41,705 bases of DNA. Source: Jimgerdemannia flammicorona. Its lineage: Eukaryota. The stretch is from contig RBNJ01000103.1 of NCBI GenBank assembly GCA_003990765.1, positions 1 through 41,705 on the forward strand. Reading direction: 5' to 3'. Both the position numbers and the translations under genes were made by a program. Each line of letters opens with the position of its first letter. Position 1 is the stretch's first letter. The notes under the pieces are model-generated. The model was not told where the DNA came from, made no database searches, and worked only from the letters and a program-made list of their open reading frames with translations. This document shows, piece after piece, positions 1 through 10,121 of the stretch.

Positions 1-176
1 GTCCTCTCCCCTCCTCTCTGCCTCAGACCTCCCCTCCCTCCGCCGCTGGGGCCCCGGCTAGCCATCGAGGCCCCTGGCATCCCCAAACCATCTCCCCTCC
101 TCCCCACCTGCTGCCAGCCAAAGGCGCCGCCACCCCCCTGGCCAGTACGCTCACCAGATCGATCGTTGCCATCCAT
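1..176 (-). CDS. Partial Gly/Arg-rich ORF running off the window; possibly the 5' end of another retroelement gag
   Basis: ATG at 176, open to position 1 (MDGNDRSGERTGQGGGGAFGWQQVGRRGDGLGMPGAS...). It is preceded on the minus strand by TGGTGTCCGACG (186-197), which is PBS-like. No domain recognised. Confidence 0.2.
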   Translation of the reverse strand, partial: MDGNDRSGERTGQGGGGAFGWQQVGRRGDGLGMPGASMASRGPSGGGRGGLRQRGGER

Positions 177-252
177 GTTGTTAGTCGTCGGACACCAAAA
201 ACGTTGTAGAAAGTGTTGTCTGAGTCTTGTGTAACCTGAATGTTACCGGAGG

Positions 253-1547
253 TTGATGATTGCTTCTCTTGTGTCAATGAACTGGCTCAAAGAAGAACCA
301 ATAGAAGAAAGGCTTCTACAACTGAAATCACCACCATTGGATCAGACAAACTGCTCACCCTTAAGGCTTTTGTCAACAGAGCACCTGTCAAGATCATGAT
401 AGACAGTGGTGCCTCAAGCAACTTCATCAATGAAGAAACAGCCAACAGACTCAAGGTCTTCACCTCTCCAGTACAGCAAACCCAAGCAGTTGCTACAGCT
501 GATGGAACCTCACATGTTATTAGCAAAGAAGTCCGCAATCTACCCTTCCAAATTGGCAACTACCAAGTACATGTTACCCTCCAAATCATACTACTTCCTG
601 ACAATGAAATCATCCTTGGAACCCCATGGTTAAAACAAGAGAACCCCATGAATGGGTAAACCATTCTCTGACCATCAAGAAAGGATGCCACAACTTCAAA
701 CTATAAGGCAAAAAGGACCCACTCAACTCTAGTGACCCTGGACCAAAGATCACCTACATCAACAAGCTATAACTCAAGAAATTGGCCAAGAAATGCCCTC
801 TCTTCACCATCTCCATCCGACCATCCAAAGGAGAACCCGAGAACTCTGAAGAAGATTTTTCCAAAGTTGACAGCCATGTCAGACCACTACTCCAGAAATT
901 CTGAGACATATTCCTAAAGAAGCTCCCAAAAGGCCTACCTCTCAAACGAGCAGTAGACTATGCAATCAAAACTATCCCAGATGCCAAACTAGCCTTCAAG
1001 TCAATCTACCACATGTCTCCAAGAGAAATTGATGCACTCAAGAAAGAAATTGATGAACTCCTAGAATAAGGATTCATCAGACCCAGTGTATCACCCTATA
1101 GCACACCAGTCCTCTTTGTTGTCAAAAAAGGAGGAGACCTGCGAATGTATATTGACTACCATGATCTCAATGAACAGACCATCAAGAACTGTTGCCCACT
1201 ACCGAGGATCAATGAAATATTTGATAGACTTACCAACCCACAATTCATGAGCTCCTTCGACCTGCGAAATGGTTACTGGCAAATTGCTATGAAAGAAGAA
1301 GACATCTACAAGACAGTCTTCCGAACTCGCTATGGACACTTCGAGTTCCTGGTTATGCCCTTTGGCTTAACTAATGCTCCAGCAACCTTCCAGATACTGA
1401 TGAATACCATCCTGCATCCATATCTGGACAAATTTGTTATTGTCTATATTGACGACATCCTAGTCTTCAGCAAAACCTTGGAGGAACATCTTGAACACCT
1501 TGAACTAGTACTACTGAAACTCCGAGAAAACTGACTCTTTGCAAAAC
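253..1547 (+). mobile_element. Ty3/gypsy pol fragment (protease + N-terminal RT), same family as the 1548-12183 element but in opposite orientation
   Basis: Protease motif IDSGASSNFI and ILGTPWL; RT motifs [37 protein letters not shown]. Near-identical to the reverse complement of ~6274-7570. Several in-frame stops. Cut off at 1547 by the LTR TGT. Confidence 0.95.
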
Positions 1548-3607
1548 TGTAAGAGGGTTACTTTTTAGGGTAACCATTATGTAGTCCTGGAAGGGTTTTC
1601 TAGAAGTTCTGGATATTCTAGAAGACTGTTTTCTTATGGTCAAGATCAATTTCATATGGAGTATGTCCTCTATGCTTATTGATTTCAAGATTGGGTTGAT
1701 GTCTCAACCAAAGTCCTTTTTTGGACTAGTTCTGGATGTTCAGGATTTTCCGTATTTCAGGAAGTTCGAGAAACTAAGACCAGCTTAGTTGGATTGGCAT
1801 ATTGCTGCAGACAATACCCAATTAGGAAATTTCGTGACAGGGTTAGGAGTAGGACCTAACAAGGAGCAGATTTACTTAAGAGTGGTTTGTGGGTTATGGG
1901 ATAGGTTTATTTGCTATTCATGATATTGCTATACTAGGAGTAGTTGTGTGAAGGAGTATTGTGGGGAAGTATTCAGGAATGTTCTTGTGTGTTTGAGTCT
2001 GAGATTCTGAGATCTGGGGGAGAGGATATTTATACTAGTGAGGGGCTATCTGAGCCATGCTAGATATGGATGTAGCACTAAGTGCCTTGCTGAGTCAGAA
2101 TGCAGTCACATAGTACAAGTATGATCTGACATATCAAGAGATTGTCTGACTGCTGAGTCGGTTCACAGTCTCATTGTATAAGGCTAATCTAACTCTACTA
2201 TGACTGCTAGACTATTTATGGGTTTAGGTGCTGTCTGGGTAGTCCTCGATGACATCACCATCGATTGCATCATCTCTGATGAAGTAGTCGTCTAGGAATA
2301 ATGGTTCATGTATTACTTCTCCTTGTTCGCTGAGGTTAATACATTGGAACTTCATCTCCATCCCACAAGATGGCATCATCAGTCTCATATGCTGGATAAG
2401 GTATTGGTGGGCGAAGGAGGGGTGCATCATTTTCATTTTCGTCGGATTCACTGTCTGTGTACCTTCTATAGGTTACGGCACTGTGAGTTGCGGGGTTATA
2501 GTATGCTGGTGGCTGTGGTTCATGTCACTCATACTCAGGTAGTGGAGTGGTTGATTCAATCTCAAGGGTTGTCTGGAGGTACAGGTTGTGTTCTCCAGTC
2601 TCTTCATTATAGTTGAAGTAGTCAGGGGTGAATTTGGGTTGGTATTCGTGCCAGTGGTCATTGTCCCAATAAGTCTCGTATGTAGTTATGAACTGTTGTA
2701 AGTTCATTGGCAAGATTGGCAGAGTGATCAGGGTTGGCAGAGATCCTTGGCTAGAGGTCATGTCAGCATCAGAGGGATCATTGTCTTCTGCTTCATCTTC
2801 ATTGAAGTGGATTATATCGTAGATGTCCTTCATGGCATATCCAACTTGGGGCATTTGCAGGATTTGATCATTGGAGTGTGGGAAGGTTCTGTCTGTGGTT
2901 TCGAAATACTCAAGGTACTTGAGGTTGAGTTCTTGTATCATGTCATCGATTTGGCCATAGGACAGGGTAGCAACCATTTCACTGATAGTAACTCGGAGGC
3001 AGGGAATAATGGTACTGTACTCATAGAAGAGTTCTTGATGTTTGCGGGCAATGAGCTTCTGGTGTTGAGACATCTCGGTAATATCTGTATCATGGTGATG
3101 TTCGACCATATCTTCCAGGAGGCGGCTGATCTGGTAGTAGCTTGAGATTTGTCTGATTTGGTGGGCCTCGCTAAGCATGTTCAGAGCATTCCATTGGGCT
3201 TCCATGAAGTAGAGGGGTGCTAGGCTATGGATATTCATGAGGGGCAGAGGGGGTATGGCTCGGTTGATAATGGCATTCCAAATGTCAGCACAGATACAGT
3301 TATAGATTTCAGTGGTCATGTTTGTGTGTTTGGAAGTTGTGGTTGTTGTTTGTTTTGGTTCTCTGATTTGATGCATCTCGGTGCTTGGTATATATACATT
3401 TGGTCCTGATTGGTAAGATTCCGTTTGTGTAAATCTTGTGTTCCATGACTTCATATTGACTCAGCTTTGTGCGCTGTGATTTCGGTTTGACTCAGCTTCA
3501 TGATCAAGCAGATGATTTTCAGATTTGTTTGGAGGTCGCATGTGATTTCAGTGGCTTGTTCAGAGGGTGACATGTAATTTCAGTGGCTTGGGGGTTGTGC
3601 ACTTACA
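1548..3607 (-). repeat. 3' LTR (2060 bp)
   Basis: Begins TGTAAGAGGG, ends ACTTACA (TGTAAG/CTTACA inverted termini). Colinear with 10122-12183 and abutted by the PPT. TATA-like TATAAATA on the minus strand near 2030. Confidence 0.97.
2525..3454 (-). CDS. LTR(U3)-encoded protein of unknown function, 309 aa; ancestral ORF probably ~410 aa extending to 2224
   Basis: Uninterrupted ATG-initiated 309-aa ORF in the element's sense orientation. The frame continues past the TGA at 2525-2527 (HEPQPPAYYNPATH...WDGDEVP). The 5' LTR copy, which is 2 bp longer here, joins it in frame to ...EPLFLDDYFIRDD...YPDSA*. Confidence 0.7.
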   Translation of the reverse strand: MKSWNTRFTQTESYQSGPNVYIPSTEMHQIREPKQTTTTTSKHTNMTTEIYNCICADIWNAIINRAIPPLPLMNIHSLAPLYFMEAQWNALNMLSEAHQIRQISSYYQISRLLEDMVEHHHDTDITEMSQHQKLIARKHQELFYEYSTIIPCLRVTISEMVATLSYGQIDDMIQELNLKYLEYFETTDRTFPHSNDQILQMPQVGYAMKDIYDIIHFNEDEAEDNDPSDADMTSSQGSLPTLITLPILPMNLQQFITTYETYWDNDHWHEYQPKFTPDYFNYNEETGEHNLYLQTTLEIESTTPLPEYE

Positions 3608-3620
3608 ACTCTCCCCTTCT
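3608..3620 (-). promoter_or_regulatory. Polypurine tract
   Basis: AGAAGGGGAGAGT on the minus strand, directly before the TGT of the 3' LTR. Confidence 0.9.
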
Positions 3621-4034
3621 TAGCTTTCGATGTCCTCGTTGGGGCCTTCTAATTTGTTCTAGTATTGTTACACCATTTGCGAGGTCAAAAGTCTGGTAAG
3701 GTCCATTTTTTCTCAGAAAGTGGCATGCTCGTAGTACAGTTGCCTAACGCATTGGATTCACATGTTAAAGGGTTGTGTGTTCAATACCATGTGCTGGAAG
3801 TGATTCTGACGTCATTCACTGCTGGAGAATTTCCTCTAAGGAATCTTCTTAAATGTCTATGCCTCATTTCCCACCAGTGGTACGGGGAGAATAGGCTTGC
3901 TTTCAGTTTTGCTATTTTTCCAGAGGGTCAGTATTCTTGTCTTGTTTTGCTGAGTTCTTGGTTTAGTTTGTGATAATTATAATGTTTGGGAGGATAATAT
4001 ATAGTGTATACTGATAGGTGCAGAGTATTCGGCT

Positions 4035-7000
4035 CTAGTTGTTTAAGGAATCATATTTCTGAACTAGGTCAGTAGCATTCTGAAGATTGGTCTTGGGTTC
4101 CCAGGTTGCATTATGGATCGGGTAACCTTTCCATTTGATAAGGTACTCAGGGTGGTTCTTATTGCCACATTTGTTGAGGATTTGTTCAACTTTGTACTCT
4201 TCTTGGTCATTAATAATGACAGGTGCAGGTGGTTTGGTGGTCCAGTTTGGAAATAGCTCATCATCATTGTCATTGTATTGCTTGAGACATTGAACATTAA
4301 AGACTGGGTGATCTTAATAGTGTCAGGTAGCGCCAGTTTGTAGGAGGTTGGAGAGACTTGTGCAATGACTTCAAATGGTCCAATGAACTTGCTGTTCAGC
4401 TTTGTAGATGGTCTGTGCTTCAGGTTGTCAACTCAGTATCCTCTGATGTCTAGTAGGACTTTTTCTCCAATATCAAAAGTTTCTTCTCTGCAGTGTTGGT
4501 TAATATACTGTGATTGTTGTTCTTGGGCTTGTGATAAATTCTCGATGGCAATCTGGCTTAAATTGCGCATTTGGAGTAAGAATTCTTCAACAGCTTCGAC
4601 TGTAAAGGGTTCTTCAGTGGTTTGGATAAGTGTCAAAGGGGTGTTTGAATTTTGTCCAGTATTGGTGAAGAATGGGGTCATTCCAAGAGAGGCTTGTTTG
4701 CTATTGTTGTAGGCAAACTCAACTGTGGTGAGGTGTTCATGCCAATCATCTTGCCTGTAGGAAACATAGTTCCTTAGCATTTGTTCTAGAGTTTGGTTCA
4801 TTCTTTCAGTTTGGCCATCAGTTTCTGGGTGAAAGGCTGTGGATAGTGCAAGTTTTGTTCCAAGGTGTGCATAGAGGGCTTTCCAAAAGTTGCTGGTGAA
4901 TTTCGGATCTCGCTCACTAACAATAATCTTGGGAAGACCATGATAGTGGAAAATGTTGTCAAATAAGAGTGTGGCTATGTCTGGTGCTGTTGCAGTAGTG
5001 GTAGTAGGTACAAAGTAGGCTTGTTTGCTGAGATAGTCCACAAAGACAACAATTGCATCTTTCCCATTCTTGGTTCGGGGTAGTTGTACAATGAAGTCTA
5101 TAGAGATTTGTTCCCAATTCACAGATGGTACTGGGATAGGGTGAAGTAAGCCGGGTTTTGCTAGTGTGGAGGACTTGTTTCGTTGGCAGGCATCACAGGA
5201 AGTAAAGTAGGTTTTGAGCTGATCTGCCATATGGGGCCAATGGAAGTTTTGAGAGATAACTTCATAGCATTTGTCAAATTCTAAATGTCCAGCTGTAGGG
5301 GCATCATGACATTTGAATAGGATAGTTCTTCAGAGATCTCGGTTGTTTGGGATACAATCTGTCGTTGTAGTAGATAGCATTGTCCTTGAGTTGGTATTGG
5401 TTGTACCGGGTATACTTGTCAGCATCATTATTGTTCAGGATTTCTCAGAGTGCTTGAGCTTCCTTATCATCAATACATGCTGCAATGATTTGTTCCATGA
5501 TAGTGTTGGTAACTAAGGTCAGAGTTTAGAGAAACTCTTCGATTGGTGGTCTAGAAATTGTATCAGCAACAATGTTTTCCTTGCCAGGGTGGTACTGAAT
5601 TTCATAGTCAAAGTTGGTGAGGACTTTCATCCATCTGGCTTGCTTTCGAGAAAGGGTAGCCTGTGTCTTGATGTTGACTAATGACTTGTGGTCAGTCAAT
5701 ACAGTGAAGTGTGCTCCTTCTAGATATGGTTGATATTTGATCAGAGTGTCTACGATGGCTAGCATTTCCTTTTCGTGAGTTGTGTAGTTGATTTTGGCAT
5801 CATTGAACTTGCAGGAGTGATAGGCCACAGGGTGTCATTCTTGCATGAGCACTGTTCCAAGAGCTAGATCAGAGGCATCAGTAGTGACTTCATATAGTAG
5901 GGCAGAATTTGCCACTTAAAGTACTGGAGTGGTTATCAGGGCATCCTTTAGTGCTTGAAAGGTGGTATCTTGCTCATGTCCCCAATTTACAAGATTGTTG
6001 AAGTCTTTTTCTTATTTCATGGTCCAGGGTTGTTCTTGTTTCTTGCTGTGCTTGGTCATTTGGGTGAGGGTGGTAGCGATTTTAGCAAAGTTGGCAATGA
6101 ATCGCCTGTAATAGTTTGCTAATCCCAGGAATGACTGGAGGTCTTTCAGCTTCTTGGGTCTGGGCCAATCCTTGATTGCAGAGATTTTGCTGGGGTCTAC
6201 TTTAATTCCATTTGGAGTGACAATGTGTCCAAGGAATTGAATTTCTTTTAGAAGGAATTCACACTTACTGAGTTTTGCAAAGAGTCGGTTTTCTCGGAGT
6301 TTCAGTAGTACTAGTTCAAGGTGTTCAAGATGTTCCTCCAAGGTTTTGCTGAAGACTAGGATGTCATCAATATAGACAACAACGAATTTGTCCAGGTATG
6401 GATGCAGGATAGTATTCATCAGTATCTGGAAGGTTGCTGGAGCATTAGTTAAGCCAAAGGGCATAACCAGAAACTCGAAGTGTCCATAGCGAGTTCGGAA
6501 GGCTGTCTTGTAGATGTCTTCTTCTTTCATAGTAATTTGCCAGTAACCATTTCATAGGTCAAAGGAGCTCATGAATTGCAGGTTGGTAAGTCTATCAAAT
6601 ATTTCATCGATCCTCGGTAGTAGGCAACAGTTCTTGATAGTCTGTTCATTGAGATCATGGTAGTCAATACACATTCGCAGGTCTCCTCCTTTTTTGACAA
6701 CAAAGAGGACTGGTGCGCCATAGAGTGATATGCTGGGTCTGATGAATCCTTGTTCTAGGAGTTCATCGATTTCTTTCTTGAGTGCATCAATTTCTCTTGG
6801 AGACATGTGGTAGATTGACTTGAAGGCCAGTTTGGTGTCTGGGATAGTTTTGATTGCATGGTCTACTGCTCATTTGGGAGATAGGCCTTTCGGGAGCTTC
6901 TTTGGGAATATGTCTTGAAATTTCTGGAGTAGTGGTCTGACATGGCTGTCAACTTTGGAAAAATCTTCTTCAGAGTTCTCGGGTTCTCCTTTGGATGGTC

Positions 7001-7570
7001 GGATGGAGATGGCGAAGAGAGGGCATTTCTTGGCCAATTTCTTGAGTTGTAGCTTGTTGATGTGGGTGATCTTTGGTCCAGGGTCACTAGAGTTGAGTGG
7101 GTCCTTTTCACCTTATAGTTTGAAGTTGTGGTGTCCTTTCTTGATGGTCAGAGAATGGTTTACCCAATCAATCATGGGGTTCTCTTATTTTAACTATGGG
7201 GTTCCAAGGATGATTTCATTGTCAGGAAGTGGTACGATTTGGAGGGTAACATGTACTCGGTAGTCACCAATTTGGCAGAGTAGATTGTGGACTTCTTTGC
7301 TAATAACATGTGAGGTTCCATCAGCTGTAGCAACTGCTTGGGTTTGCTATACAGGAGAGGTGAAGACCTTGAGTCTGTTGGCTGTTTCTTCATTGATGAA
7401 GTTGCCTGAGGCACCACTGTCTATCATGATCTTGACAGATGCTCTGTTGACAAAAGCCTTAAGGGTGAGCAGTTTGTCTGATCCAATGGTGGTGATTTCA
7501 GTTATAGGAGCCTTTCTTCTGTTGGTTCTTCTTTGAGCCAGTTCGTTGACACAAGAGAAGCAATCATCAA
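4035..7570 (-). pseudogene. pol: pol: protease, RT, RNase H, integrase with GPF motif and chromodomain
   Basis: Protease [23 protein letters not shown]. RNase H TDASDLALGTVL and NYTTHEKEML. Integrase H..H..CDAC, SIDFI, SERDPKF, HPETDGQTER, KFIGPF. Multiple stops and frameshifts. Confidence 0.95.
4065..4203 (-). other. Integrase C-terminal chromodomain
   Basis: Translates EEYKVEQILNKCGNKNHPEYLIKWKGYPIHNATWEPKTNLQNA (Y.VE.IL, YL.KWKGY and TWEP motifs). Not in the ORF track frame. Confidence 0.92.
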
Positions 7571-7685
7571 TCATTTGGAGAGTACATTCCAATACCATGA
7601 GGGCATCAGCCACTTGGTACATATCCATCTTCGATCATCTTGTAGAATTGTTCTTCTTTGCTCATGGTAGGTTGGGCTGGGGCTT

Positions 7686-8100
7686 TGTTTGATGAGCTAA
7701 ATCCTTTGGATCCTCGGATGGTGGGCAGTAGTTCAGGGACTTCCTTGACTGTCAGAGTTGACTCGATTTTTTCGAATAGGATCTGGGCAATGCAGAAACC
7801 AATAGGGATCTTGAAGGGTATCCAACTGTGGTTTCGGATGAGGACAATAATTTTGCCTGTATAATCTTCGTCAATGACTCCTCCTTCTACTGAGAGTCCT
7901 TTCAGTGCTAGGCTGCTGTGACAGCATATTCTTCCAACATGTCCTTCAGGGATTTGGATACTGATTCCTGTGTAGACTTGTTTGACTTCTCAGTTGAAAA
8001 CTATAGCTTCTTCAGCTGCATACAGGTCATATACAGCTGCTTTTTGACTTTCTTTGGTTGGGGCCTTAGCAGTTTGTCTTAACTTGACAAAGTCTAGTAT
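7686..8100 (-). pseudogene. dut: dUTPase domain between Gag zinc knuckle and protease
   Basis: Translates ILDFVKLRQTAKAPTKESQKAAVYDLYAAE...TGISIQIPEGHVGRICCHSSLALKGLSVEGGVIDEDYTGKI...IGFCIAQILF...RGSKGFSSS. All five trimeric dUTPase motifs are recognisable; one internal TGA. Confidence 0.92.
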
Positions 8101-8159
8101 TCTGGTGGTCAGGTTGTTGAGGTGGTGAAGAGTGGTAACAGTTGCTCATGTTGCTGTTC

Positions 8160-10082
8160 AGGGTTTTCGGTTAGGGCAGGCACTGGCCATATGTCCTGTC
8201 TTTTGGCAATAGAAGCATGCTCCACTTCTTCGAAGTTCATTCCTTTCACCTTCAGTAAGTTTCTTGAAGGTACTTGGCTGGGTGGGTTCTTGATTTCTGG
8301 GTGTCTAAGGGGTGGACATGGAGGGAGCTCAGGATGCTTCATGCTTGAGTTCTTCTTTCTTGGTCTAAGTTCTTTCCTTGTTATTGAATTGCCTTCAGGG
8401 CAGAATTGGTCCAGCTGTTAGGATTTGCTTGACCATGGTCTTCATTCTTGCCAGGCACCATTGTTGATGATCACAACTGGGTGGCCTTGCTCTCAGATTT
8501 TTCTAGTAAGCCATTCAGGCAGGGCATCAAATAAATGGTCTGCTCTTGTACCATTTTGTGCTTCATCATTGGCAATATATCCTAGGCCAACAGTGTTCAG
8601 GAGTGACTCGAGTTTTGTACAGAAGGTTTCGAATTCTTCTTTACCATATACATCAAATTTGAGGTTGTGGAGTTTTACTCGAGATTCGGCAATCATGGTT
8701 TCACTGTGATATTGAGCAATCATGAGTTGTTTGAGTCCAGGGGCTGCAGGATGGGCTCCATATCCTGGGACATTGTTTGCTGCATTCTGAGCAACTACTG
8801 CAGGTCGGGTATCTTATGTGAGGGGTTTTTCAGGAAGGGTTCGCTACCATTCTTCGGCAGGTCCTTGAAAGAATGTAACAACTTGGCGGACATAGGCTGT
8901 AGTTGTAGCAAAGAGTTGTTCCAGAGTGTGGTCTTAATTGTTTGTCAGAATGCGGTCAGCAACTCGCTCATTAGTCCATTGATTGGCTTCGAAGTTGGTA
9001 TCAACTATACTAATGAAGCTTTGGACTTCTTGTACAGTACCATTGAATGTAGGTAGGCTCAGATTTTTGGTAGGTCGGGTCTGTTCAGCTAAGGCAGTAA
9101 TGGTTGCTGCCATTATGGCTATCTGGGCTGTGAGGTCTAGAATCTGTTGGTTTGCCATGTTGTTTACTAGAGGTGGTTGGACTGCTGGTAGTGGTGTTAC
9201 CAGTACTACTTGAGGTACAGGTGCAGAATGTGATGGAGTTCTTTAGGTCTATGTAAGTTGCTAGAGTAGTAGTTGTGGGTCTGGAGTGAGGGCTTGATAG
9301 ATAGCTGTTTGTTGCTGTGTAGGTGTATTCTGTCCTGATGGACATGTATCTCCTTCAGTGGTGTATCTGGGATCAAATTCGGTGAGATACTCCTCCTCTT
9401 CTTCAGTTTGGTCCCCATGTAATTGGGTTTGCTCGGTATCAAAGTAGATGGAATCAGTTGTATATCTGATTTCAGATGGACTTAATTCAAAGTCAAGTTC
9501 AGGTTCGGTATTGGTTTCAGATTCAGATAGGGCTATAGTAGGGCCTGCTTCAGGTTTGGGATCAGGTAGTTGATGAAGGGTTTCTCTTACTTCTTCTTTA
9601 AGAATATGGCAGGCCTTGCTGTTCTGGAATCGGTAGTATAATGCAGTCTTGGTCCTGGTACAGTGAAAGTTGGTAGAGTTGAGCCACTTGGCTACAGAGG
9701 CTTGGGCTTCATGAGGAACTAAGGCTAGAAAGACTGCTGCTGGTTGTCCTAGGTTGCTTGGATTTGTAGAGCTGACAAAACTCTTGTTGAGAAGAGTAAA
9801 GAAGGCTTCAATAAGACCTTCTTCATCTTGACTTGCTGGGTGTAGTGCAAGGAGTTTGGTGAATAGCGTTTTGCCTATTTGCTGGTTTAACCTGAGTACT
9901 TCTTTCTTTGAATGAAGTTTATTCCACTTGTTGCAGGTGTGGAGGTCAAATTGTCCTTATACATCAGGTTCAATTCTCTCCAGATTGTCAGATAGTTCAG
10001 GATAAATTCCAGTTCAGAGGTTGGGCTTTATACCAACTTGTAGGAATTCTCAGAGGAGTTTTGTAGTGGGGTGAGGAAGCAT
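8160..10082 (-). pseudogene. gag: gag with long N-terminal extension and CCHC zinc knuckle
   Basis: ATG at 10082, just downstream of the PBS. Capsid-like LPTFNGT...FI and FQGPAEEW segments. CFYCQKTGHMASAC (CX2CX4HX4C) at ~8175-8220. Stops and frameshifts present. Confidence 0.85.
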
Positions 10083-10106
10083 CTTGAAGTGGAATTGGAT
10101 TGTAAA

Positions 10107-10118
10107 CCGCTGCTACCA
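10107..10118 (-). promoter_or_regulatory. Primer binding site, probably initiator tRNA-Met
   Basis: TGGTAGCAGCGG, 3 nt inside the 5' LTR end. TGGTAGC matches known iMet-type PBSs. Confidence 0.85.
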
Positions 10119-10121
10119 AGT

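Noticed and set aside
2308-3409. Plus-strand hydrophobic ORFs in the LTRs (also 10897-11985) as env-like genes
   Set aside because: Antisense to the longer U3 ORF, mostly non-ATG starts, no signal peptide or fusion-protein features.
3650-3985. Extra ORF between chromodomain and PPT
   Set aside because: One minus frame has only TGA stops but no clear start or motif. Cannot be supported from a single copy.
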